DNA from: Eledone cirrhosa
Lineage: Eukaryota
Length of the DNA: 64,000 bases
Assembly: GCA_964016885.1 (NCBI GenBank)
Contig: OZ024746.1
Span: 23,374,001 to 23,438,000, forward strand
Reading direction: 5' to 3'
This document shows, in pieces, positions 28,585-39,820 of the stretch. The position numbers and the translations under genes are program-made. The notes under the pieces were generated by a model. It searched no databases and was not told where the DNA came from. It worked only from the letters and a program-made list of their open reading frames with translations. Positions within the stretch are counted from its first letter, which is position 1. Every line of letters starts with the position of its first letter.

Positions 28585-28970
28585 CAACATCACTGTTTAA
28601 CGTCCATTTTTCCACACTAGCATGAGTTAGACGAGTAGTCCCATTGTGAGACAAGTCAGATCAGATGACTGCCTTGCTCATAAAGAACTGTTTCTGGCTT
28701 GGTTTCTACGACTGGATACCCTTCCTAGTGCCAACATCTACAGTGTCGACTGGGCGCTTTTTGTCATGACACCAACATGATCACTTTACAGTGTGGACTG
28801 GGCACTTTTTGTTATACACCAACACAACCACCTTACAGTGTGAACTGGGTGCTTTTTATCATGTCACCAACATGACCACTTTACAGTGAGTGCTTTTGCC
28901 ATGTTACCAGTATGAACTGGGCACTTTTTGTCATGGCACCAAAACAACCACTTTACAGTGTGGCTGGGTA
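28585..28970 (-). mobile_element. SINE family B with internal ~48-bp tandem amplification (about 5 units)
   Basis: Repeated CCACTTTACAGTGTGGACTGGGCACTTTTTGTCATGACACCAACA; the same amplification is seen at ~2000-2095 and ~34170-34280. Confidence 0.75.
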
Positions 28971-30076
28971 TCAAAATATGTTTCTACAAATTCTAAAATT
29001 TACAGAATATTTAAAAAAAATGGAGACAACACAGAATGGAAAGAAAATATGACACAAGATGACAATCTCTTTAGTATTGATGGCACACTAAAATGCCCTC
29101 AGTACACTCTTTAAAGTAATTGGTGTTAGGAAGGGCATCCAGCCACAAAAACCATGGAGAAATGTACAAATGAGGCATGGTCCTTTGATTCATCTAATAA
29201 AACAATTGATTATGAACTGACTTGGAGTGCAACAACCCATCCAACCATGTCAGTATGGAAAAGTGGATGTTAAATGATGTAAGTAGATAAAGTTAGGCAT
29301 GGCTGGGTGACTCAAGTTTGCTTTTCAGTCATGAGGTCCCGGGTTTGATTCCACTGTGGCATCTTGAGTAACTGTCATTTACCATAGCTTCGAGTCCACA
29401 AACCTTGAGAGTAAAATTGCGGAGACAGAAACTGTGTGGAAGCCCATCTAATGGACTGTTCCTGTAAGTCAAAAGGTCCAGCTTTGTCACTTATTGTGTC
29501 ATGATGGTTTTTGCTTGAGAACTATGTTAAGGGTACATATATCTGTGGAATATTCAACCACTTACATTTGACTTAGGAAACTAAAATGGCTTCTAATTTA
29601 GGTACAAGTCCAACAATTTCTTTTTTTTTTTTTTTTGGTGGGGAGACTAGTACTTCATTTTATCAACAATGGAAGGATGAGAAGCAAATTTGAACGTAGA
29701 GAACTGGAACAAATACTGCATTGTATTTTGTCTGACGCTCTAATGATTCTGCTAATCTACTGCCCTTCTTAGGAAACTAAAATGAAAGAATCCTAATAAA
29801 AACTGATCTACATTTCTTTAAGTGGAAGATGACTTTTCAGAATAACCTTTTAAGTACATGACATACTGCCTAGAAAAATCAATAACATTATTTTCATAGC
29901 CTCATAGAAAAAGGTAGCATTGTGAATCTAATAGTTGAACAGATTGAATGTAGGATTGGATGATATAAAATATCATTTATAACCAGTACGCAATTCATTG
30001 TTTTACACATGGAACAAGTAGTATAGGAATATTTGGTTTCTTCACCAAACTTTAACAAAGCTACATTAACAGATTG

Positions 30077-30115
<39 letters not shown>

Positions 30116-31271
30116 ACATATATATATCATCATCATCATTAGCATTTAATGTCTATTTTTCCACTATTTGTTTGTTAATTGATTAATATTAATTTTGTTG
30201 ATAACGGCAATTACTTTGTTCGATTATTGCCACCCACTACTGAATCTATATGAGTATGTTTTGGTTTTGAAATTTATCTCAGTTGTCATTGAGCAAGATA
30301 CTGGGTGGCATGGTGTGGCACTGCCCTAGGTATATAATATTTACATATATATTTATATAAAGAGTGCTCTGCTCATGTGCAGAGATGATAGCTTATAAAA
30401 TAGGGTGAAAACCTTTAAAATTGGCTACATCTTTTTCTGTTTTTAAGGGTCTTCACCCTATATTTTAAGCTATTTTATAGCAACTCCGGGTGAACTAACA
30501 GTACCATTGGTAGGGGTCAAAACTGCCAAAGTTCACCTCAATGGCCGATGACTCTGGAGTTGTGTCTATCATTTGTATTTTTTTTTTTTTAAATAAATTT
30601 TTAACGTTTCCCCTTAAAAAATTGTTTTTCGTTGCCTTGTCCTCTGTTAATTTTCTTAAGTTTATATACACACACATATGCTAATTGATATATTGGGCCT
30701 CATCAATATCTTTTCAGTTACAGATCATGGGTTAGTGGCAAATTTGCTCTCATGTAAATAGTCATTAAGACTATCATTTTGCCTTTGATCCATTTCTTCC
30801 TGTCCTCTGTTTGCCTTTCATCCTTAAGGGGGTCGATAAAATAAAGCACCAGTAATGCATTGGGGTAATTGCTGGCTTTATACCAAAAATAGAAATAATT
30901 ATTTGTAAATAGTCATTAAGACTATTATCATTATCTCATTTCGCCATTTGTTACTGTCCCTTGTGCCAGTTGTATACGAAACAACAGTGGTTAACTGATA
31001 AGATGGGACTGCTGTCTGTATTCGTTCATTTTCCTGTCTTCGCCCATATTTTTTATTCATTTGTATGTTTTTAGCCATGCGGGACACTTTTTTTTTCAAA
31101 TTGATATGTTCTATCTTACACCTTTGCATTTGTCTTTCTTCACTTACTCTCTCTGCTCGTTGTATTTGTATTTTTAGGACTTAACATCCAAACAAACTAA
31201 AAATAATTTTATTTTAATATTGTCTATCTCTTTTCCTTCTTGGCTAATCGATATGTTGGGCCTGTATATTT

Positions 31272-31467
31272 TTAAGAAAAACCAACAAGGTTTCATTTAC
31301 ATGTGTTTATTCATGCTATGGTTTTGGTTGAATCACCAAATCTGACGAGCAGATTGATGCTGGAGTCCATAGCTTCCATAGGTGACCTTCAGCCAACCAT
31401 CTGTGAAATGTATGTAACAGGTCAATAATCAATAAAACATGTAAATAAAACCTTGTTTTTTTCTTAA
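31272..31467 (+). mobile_element. Miniature element: hammerhead motif boxed by ~40-bp inverted repeats
   Basis: TTAAGAAAAACCAACAAGGTTTCATTTACATGTGTTTATT ... AATAAAACATGTAAATAAAACCTTGTTTTTTTCTTAA; inside, CTGACGA(31342)-GCAGAT..ATCTGT-GAAA(31405)-TGTATG-TA. Confidence 0.7.
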
Positions 31468-31566
31468 TATATATATATGTATATATAAGTTGTGTTATGT
31501 ATTTCCGTAGAAAAGGTAAAGGAAAGAAGGGTGCTCTATGTATAGTACAGAGCTTTTTAATGATAT

Positions 31567-31634
31567 TTCATCTGATGAACGAACTGGATGTTTCTGTTAG
31601 AATCGTCTAATTTCATGAAACCTTAGGTAATGGA
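31567..31634 (+). ncRNA. Type I hammerhead ribozyme motif
   Basis: TTCAT-CTGATGA-[long stem II]-GAAA-CCTTAGG-TA-ATGGA: intact core, stem III ACCT/AGGT, GUA cleavage triplet, stem I TTCAT/ATGGA. Confidence 0.7.
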
Positions 31635-32819
31635 TTAATTATATTGTGTTGTTTATCATAATTATATATATATATATATTTTTTTTTCTAAATTATTTGA
31701 AAATCATAGGCAGTCTTTCATTAGAAATATGGTAATGAAAGTGTTAAAGTGTTTATATATACCTAAAGACATTCCATCATAATTTCATGTAAGAACCTTT
31801 GTTAAGTTATGCTCCAAATAGCAATTTAATAATGAGAAAGTTAGTTATATTACTAAATGTCTTCAGATTCATGATTATTTTCTAAATTATTTGAAAATAT
31901 AGACAGTCTATTTCATTAGAAATATCATAATGAAAGTGTTAACTTATTTTTATTTTTAAATGTCAAATTTTTTTCCAGTTATAAATAAACTTTAGTCAAG
32001 AGAACATTCTTGATTGTGGTAGCTGTGGTGGGTGGTGGTAGTTGTAGTAGTTGTAGTAGTAATAACATTAATAATACTATTATACAATAAATTTGCAAGT
32101 TTTGTTGACACAAACCCGGACCTAGCATAAATTCCATTATGACGATCTGAGCCAACATAAATGTAGTGGTGGTTATGATGTTGGTGGTAGGGGGTGTGGT
32201 ATTGGTGTGTGTAGTCGTTTTGGTGAAGTGTTGTGGTGATTGTGTGGTTTGTAGGAGAGTGGAGATGATGTATGTGGTGGTGGTGTTGCGTTTGTGGTGA
32301 GGGGGTTTGCTGTACTATAAAGTTGTTATGTTGTGATTAAATGCTTTTATTATATGCTTTATGGCAAAAGTGGTCACATGGTGGACAAGATTGGGTGAAC
32401 TGAGGACTGACACTTTCTTCTGCGGTGAAACTCTTATTGATTTTTTTAAAGTTCCACTTAAAAAGAAAGTTGTGGGTGGAGAGGGAGATGCTCTCTTCCA
32501 GTGAATTTTATAAAAGATGAGTGACTGAGGTGAAAATGGCAAGAATGAGTGGTTCTACTTTCAGCATGAGCCTGTAGGTTGAAGAAAGAAAAACAGATGA
32601 GGACATTTGCTTGTGTTGATCTGGGTGACAGTGGGTTTGTGGGATTCTCCTGTATCATTAGGACTGTTTATCATCATCATCATCATCATCATGGATGTTA
32701 TGTATACATTTCTTTCTTATCTTACCAACATTTTATGCCAATCTCCCCAACAATTTATGTAATATGTCATTGTAATGTCCCTCTCATTTGGCAAATAAAA
32801 AAAAAATCATTATTATTAT

Positions 32820-33425
32820 AAAGATTGGCAGTATCGGTAGAAGTCAGACAAAATGCTTTATGGCATATAGTTATGACCCTTTAGATTCTGAGCTCAATTC
32901 CCACTGAAATTAGCTTTGCTTTCATCCTTCCGGGATAAAAAAAAATAAAGCACCAATAATGCACAGGGGTCAATTTAATCGATTTCCCCTGCACCCCCAA
33001 AATTGTTGACCTTGTGCCTAAATCAGAAACCATTAGGGTGGTGGACTGGTAGATTTATTAGAGCATCATCCAAAATGCTTTGCAGTATTTGTTCCAGCTT
33101 TTTACATTCTGAATTCAAATCCTACTGAGGTCAATTTTGTTATCCATCCTCCTGGGCTCAATGAAATAAAGTACCAGTTAATTACTGGGTCAATATAATC
33201 AACTTTCCCCTTCGTTTAAAATAGTTGGCCTTGTACCAAAAGTAGAAACAAATATTATTGATAGTTTACACAGTAAATATGAGCAACAAATTGGCAGAGT
33301 TGCTAGAATGTTTGATAGAATACTTTGCAGTATTCATTTTGACACTCTGCTCTCTGAGTTCAAATCCCTCCAAGGTCAACCATTGAAGGTTGATTAAAAA
33401 AGTACCAGTCTAGTACTGGGGTTGA
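32820..33425 (+). mobile_element. Three tandem SINE family A copies
   Basis: Repeated TTGGCAG...GAGTTCAAATCC...TCATCC...AAAGTACCAG units. Confidence 0.8.
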
Positions 33426-34684
33426 TTCTTCCTCTATATCTCTTTCTTACTTCCTTTCTCTCACTCTCTATCCTTCTCTGGAAGAAATCTGCTGTATTCA
33501 GACCTGGAGAGGAGATAGGCTCCACTAGGTTTTAAAATGCCCAAGAAATGCTGTATGTCAATACAACACCCCTATGATACCCCAGGAGTTATGGGTCCAT
33601 ACATACATACATACACAGTAAATATAAATTACTACATCTACTGTCTGTCAAGTCTCAATAAAAACCTTAGACAGATTTTATTATGCGGATGTGTACAGTG
33701 CCCTTAGCAGAGCAGTCTTTTGTATGAGAGGAATTTGTGATTTACATGCTCTCAGTTTCAGTGGTATTGAACCTCTAACTCTTATGGGAAATGAAATTAT
33801 CTTAATGTTATTAAGTGGTAATTGACCACATTCATGCAGTTTTGATCTTTAAATCAGGATACTTCATTATTTTTTCAATTTCCTTCAAGGCTATGTTTTG
33901 GTATCCTGAGATAGTAACATCCGTAACCTGCCATTGATGGCTATTTCTGTGCATAACTACAATATTAGTTCTGTTGTGTTCAAACCTGCAGTTTCTTCTG
34001 TTAGGATAGGGAAGTCCCAAAATACCTTGGGACATGTTGGTACCACTTGTCAGACACTTGATATCCATATGTTTGGCACATTGACCAGTAAATGTGAATA
34101 CAGACCTTCTTTTCCTCCTCCTGTTTTTTTGCTTAGTTTCTATGGCTGGATGCCCTTCTGAACACCAACCACTTTCCAGTGGACTGGGTGCTTTTTATTG
34201 TGGCATCGAAACAACCACCTTTTGGGTGCTTTTTGTTATGTCACCACCATGACCACCTTACAGTTTGAACTGGGTATTTTTTCTTGAAGCCGTGACTCGT
34301 GGTTTTCTTCAAACATTTATAGAAAGATACACTAACATTCCCACATTCCCTGTTGTAGTGTACAATTGTGAAACTCACTGTCACTCCAGGAAATGCCATG
34401 AATGTTTTGGCTTGCCTTAAACATTTTTAGGGAGCAACACCAGCATTGTTGAATGTAATTGCTTGAGCTTACATGTCTTTCATTTGTTTTTCTCATTTCT
34501 ATATATTTTTTATTGATTTGTTTCTTTTGTAAATAATAAACATCAGCAAAATACACCCAGCTAATTGTTTTGTCAACTTATTAAACTATATGTATGTGTG
34601 TGTGTGTATATATATATAACGAAGGAGTTGTGGTAAGGAACCAGATGGACTATAACGCACCAGAGTACTCAATACTTAGGGTAG

Positions 34685-34801
34685 TAGGAAAATGTATGAT
34701 CCCGACGGCAGAGCTCAAGCCGTTTCGACGGCTATTTCTGGGCTCCAGAAATAGCCATCAAAATGGCTTGAGCTCTGCCGTCGGGGTCATACATTTTCCT
34801 A
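34685..34801. repeat. Near-perfect 117-bp palindrome (57-bp arms, 3-nt loop)
   Basis: TAGGAAAATGTATGATCCCGACGGCAGAGCTCAAGCCGTTTCGACGGCTATTTCTGG-GCT-reverse complement with 4 transitions. Confidence 0.95.
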
Positions 34802-36124
34802 TATATTAATATAAATTCAGCGAGAATCGCATTTCGGTGGGTAGAAAAAGCGAAACATAACGCACATTCCAAGTCATTCTGGCAAGCGCTCCATGGGCAT
34901 ATATACCATAGCTATCCATACTAGTGTGGAAGATGGATGTTAAATGATGATGATGATATATATAAGTAACAATACAAATCAACCAATGAAAGGTTGTCAC
35001 AGTCTTTCATTCACTTAATCTGTTTTTCTGAAGTGTGAGACCTTCGGTGGATATTGCCTTATGATCCTAATGGTCTCAGCAGACACAATTGCAAAGGACT
35101 TATCGCAAAGGATAGGGAGGGAGATATGCTAAAAATAGTTAGTACAACTTGCATGGCTTTTACTTGCAGGTAACCAACTCCATCCTGATAGCAGTAAGTA
35201 GAGAGGTGGTTCAGTGACCCAGTATACCAGATGTTTCCATGGCTATAGGTTCAATGATAAATCTATATAAAAGAAGCTGGTACTACAACAACTTACCATC
35301 TTCTGCTTGTCATACAACAAAACCTGGGTTTGCTGATGAATTATTTATATATCAATTACATGGATAAAGAATAACAATATCTTGTAATAAAAGTGAGATA
35401 TTTGTTTTTTGTTTCACCTTGGGCAGAAATTGTCTGTCAGACTGTAAGATCTTTTGAAATGGAAGATATATTTATTTGGGTGTGAGGTATGTGCAGGGTT
35501 GGCACTACCATTAGGTCAACTAGGCAGCTGCCAAGGGCACATACCTCAGATAAGTGCATTACTAAAACATAAAAGATTACAGTTTTATACAAATTTGTAG
35601 AATTAAATGATATATATAATAATTTCCTGTGATCTATAAATAAATCACTAAACATCTTTGCCGAGTCACAGCATTGTGGAAATATAGAAAGTAATGGAAG
35701 GGGTTGTATGGTGTTATGACTTGTCACATTATTTTGTGTGAGAGAGTGGGAAATACAGGCTTAGTAAATTTCTTTGTGTGATCAGAGAATGAATTGTCAA
35801 GAACTTAGTTCAGCTTACCAAACTAAGCTAAACTTTATAAATTTGAGAGAATGGGGCACACATTATAGAGCTAGCCTAGGGTGCTGAATATCTCAGGAAC
35901 CAACTCTGAGTATATGCAGGGTATTATTGTTGTTGTTTTTTTTTTTGGAGTGGGAGTGATTTTTATTTGCTTCTATTGAAAGGAAGTCATTTTCAATGAG
36001 TTCATCTGGTGGTGTGTGTGAGTGAGTGCAAGTGGGCAGGCTGCTCAATTTTCTAAAGTTAAGTCTCTGATTTTGTGATTAGAATAAAATTTAGAGTAAT
36101 TGTTGATAAGCTTAAGTCATCATG

Positions 36125-36165
<41 letters not shown>

Positions 36166-36939
36166 CAGAAATTACTGAAGACCACAAGGGCTGGCGCTAC
36201 ACAGTGCTGAAGAAGATCCGACCTGCAGCTTACAATGAGACCTGATCTACCCTTCCCCTAGCACTCCCTAACAGTTATTCTCAACTCACTACTTCATTTT
36301 TTAAAAACATTTTTTCCGATTCCGCCCTTCAATGTTTCTAATTTCTCATTCTTTCTTCTCATGAGGGACTAGCATCTGATACGTTAAGACCCTCTTCCTG
36401 CTATTTCAAGCATTAAACTAATATATTCCTTCCATACCGATTGTGCTGTTATTTCTGTTTACCTTTTACATACATATATATATATATATATATCATCATC
36501 ATCATCATCGTTTAGCATCTATCTTCCATGCTAGCATGGGTTATATATATATATTATGAAATGGACTTCCACACAGTTTCTCTCTATCAAATTTCACTCA
36601 CAATGCATTAGTGAATCTGAGGCTTTCGTAGACCCATGTTCAAGGTGCCACGCAGTGGGACTGACCCCACCAAAAAAACTGCAGTCATGATGAGATCAGG
36701 AATATGACTTAAAACATTCTTACATATAATTATGAGAGACAGATTTGAATTTAAATATAAACATTTTAAATATAGACTGTTGTATCATAGATTTAGGAGT
36801 GGTCCTAAGTGGGTCAGTTTCAAAAGGGTTAAATAGTAAATATTTATTTCATTTAATGAAACTGTAACACTGAATTAAGAAAGGAGAAGGGGAAAAAAAA
36901 GTGAAGGAGGAGAAAGGTGAGCTCTGAATAATAAGACAT

Positions 36940-37300
36940 GTGATCAAAAGCATTCTAGACATGGCCATCACTTCTTTATTTCAGGAAGTGTGTCTAGGAC
37001 TCTGTTATCCAATATGTCTATTTTCTCTTTATATACCCCCACCACCACCACCACCACCACACACACACACACACACTCCCTGCAGGCTCCACACTAACCA
37101 CAATTTCCAGTCCTTCCTGCCCAGAACAACAACCCATTGGCACTCCTTCCCTGCTCATGTCTTTCCTACAAGTGTTGACTTGCAACAATTTAACTGTTAT
37201 TGTCTTGTATCACATGAAACCACATTAGCAAGACATTTTTTAGAAAGTATCAAACAGCACTGGGACTGCATTCCATTAGAAATTAGTCTTTACTTTAGTT
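36940..37300 (+). mobile_element. CR1/Jockey-type LINE 3' remnant
   Basis: QSFLPRTTTHWHSFPAHVFPTSVDLQQFN matches the SF.PRT..LWNSLP..VFP...DL..FK C-terminal motif. Confidence 0.6.
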
Positions 37301-38070
37301 TACTGCAAATTTTCACAACAATCTCTCTACTTTGTATATATACCAAAAGCATCTGAATTAACAGACCTGTTTTTAGATATTTTCTACTGAATCCTTCTAA
37401 GATGTTAAGAGTTAAGCAGAACATCAACAGCATCAATCCAACTGATTTTCGAAGGCCTAAGAAGGTCATGGGCACTGCCCTATCCTCTAAACGTGGCAAA
37501 TAATGGTTTCTGATCCAGCTGTAGAAATCATACCAAAACTGGAAAGTACATATGCAAGATGTTGTCCTGGGTTAGCTCCGATTAAATAACAATTTGGTCT
37601 GTATCAACTTGTCCAACTTATGCTAGCATTGAAATGGACATAAAATGATGATGATGACCTTAGTTAAGTGTGGAAAAAAGGATAATGCAACACAAACTGG
37701 GACCCAAGGATACTGAAAAATTGTACTTTACTATGAAGGTCAATATTTTCGACAATATATCTAATGTTGTTTGAAATTGTCTATAAATAATTTCCATTTT
37801 GTCTACCAATACTTTTAAAAGTCATCTAGTATTTTCTTTTATTTTATATGGAAAAATGCCAATGTCTTTTACACAACACCAAAGACAGACATTTGAGATG
37901 GTTCAAATTACCACCTAAAACCTCTTATTTTTCTCCAATATCTTTAAGTAATGAAAAACTACTGACCTACTATCTCTTTATCGCTCTCTTTAACTCTTAT
38001 ACGCTCTCTTAACAGACTATATATCCAGAGATAACCTTCAGTAAGTTAGGGGAGGTAAACCAGAGCCAAC

Positions 38071-38330
38071 TTAACCCTTTCATTACCATATTTCTAATGA
38101 AATAAATACACTGCCTTTCAACGTCAAATCATTTTGAAAAACTAATCAAGAATTTAGATAGATAGTAATATAACTAGCTTTCTCATATAGATGGTTTTTG
38201 GAGCATAAGTTAAAGGTTCTTAAATAAAATTATGATGGAAGGATTTTAGATAAATCTAAACACTATAAAATAGAAAGTTTTGTATCAGGACAAGGTATGG
38301 TGTCAGGAGGTTTGCTATCAAAAGGGTTAA
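38071..38330 (+). mobile_element. piggyBac-type MITE (~260 bp), representative of about 15 or more copies in the window
   Basis: TTAA-CCCTTTCATTACCA...TGCTATCAAAAGGG-TTAA. Related copies near 1070, 3435, 4600, 4970, 10490, 12820, 13190, 14545, 14955, 16025, 31680, 39265, 44430, 44955, 45435 in both orientations. Confidence 0.8.
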
Positions 38331-39057
38331 TGGGGTTTTCTCCAGCCATAAATATCATCTTTCATATCGACAATCAATATGATAGGGGCCAGCCAAAGAG
38401 GGCACCCGTACTCAGTGATTTGACCCATTAGAAATAACAGCCAAATTCACTCAAATTACTCCCAATTTGAAAAAGGAAAAGGTACATTGTATTAATAGAG
38501 GTTGAAATATACAAAAAGATGGAATGATTGTGATTGAGATACATTTGATGATATGACTGCTCTATTAGTGCTGACCTGGGGTTAAACTACATCAGCATCT
38601 GTAAGAAATAGATTTACTTAAGGGTGCTAAGGGAAGATGACAACCTTACAAGAACAATTGACAACTTAATTGCTGATAAATTTGAATCCTTGCCAGCTGA
38701 AGAGAAAAATTATACTTCATTTGTGTCCATCTGTGGAATGTGCAACAATGGTTACAGTCAGAAGTACAGCATCACCTGAAAATTCAGTGCTATACTTTCA
38801 ACAATCTGGAGGATGGAAGAGTCAACCAAACCCTGGATTATTTTCAGAATAGTAACGACAACACACCCAGAGAAGCTAGGAAATTGATAAAAGAACTTTC
38901 TGGTAAGCAGAAGAGAAAGTGGAAGACTGCCTTGTGATTTGGAAGGAACACTTTCACAAACTCTTTCAGTATTTGTAACAACACCTGAAGGAAACTCAGA
39001 CCTAATACCCCATCAATTCTCCAAAATGTTTACAGTAATCAGATACATAGCAGCATA

Positions 39058-39268
39058 TTAACCCTTTAACATTTACATTACTCTATATATTGTATTTTCA
39101 ATTTTAAAGGATTTATCTCATATAATATCGGATCTATGAGATTTTGATATTATTTATTTTGAGAACAATACCTTAACAAGTATGAGTGGCAGGTTATGGC
39201 TAGTTTGAACAGAAAGAGGTAAGAAAATTCTGGCCAGATACAGATGGTTTAAATGGTAAAGGGTTAAA
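39058..39268. mobile_element. Second piggyBac-type MITE family (related copy ~890-1080)
   Basis: TTAACCCTTTAACATT...AATGGTAAAGGGTTAA termini; abuts the next MITE at a shared TTAA. Confidence 0.65.
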
Positions 39269-39820
39269 CCCTTTTGTTGCTATATTTCTAATGAAACAAA
39301 CTGCCTATAATTTTCAAACAATTTTGAAAATACTTAAGAATTTACTTGCGGTTTAGTAATATAAGTGACTTCCTCATTATTGAGCTGGAGTTTGAAGCAT
39401 AACTTACTTAAGATTCTTACACAAGGATTATGATGGACGATGTTTAGATAAATATAGACACTAAAATACAGAGGAACTGACTATTTACAGCAACAAGATC
39501 TGTTTTTCTGTAGAACCTATTTACAGTAAAGTGGGACAAGCAAACGTGAGTCAAGTGTACTGGCTCTGGATACTGGGCCATGATAAATGTTAGGTTATAA
39601 TCTACCACATCTTTCATTGATCCAAAATATTATTGATTTGGCTGGGCAGTGTTAAATGATAGATTACAATCCAGCAGATCTTTTATTGATCCAACGCACT
39701 ATTGATTTGGCTATCTGCCATTCTTCACATACATGTACGGAAAATTATTCAACTTTTTAAATATTTCAAAAATGAATGATTGATTAATTAATTGACTGAT
39801 TGATTGAACATATAACAGCC

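Noticed and set aside
30753-30925. 22-bp direct repeat TGTAAATAGTCATTAAGACTAT
   Set aside because: Explained as the target-site duplication of the enclosed truncated SINE
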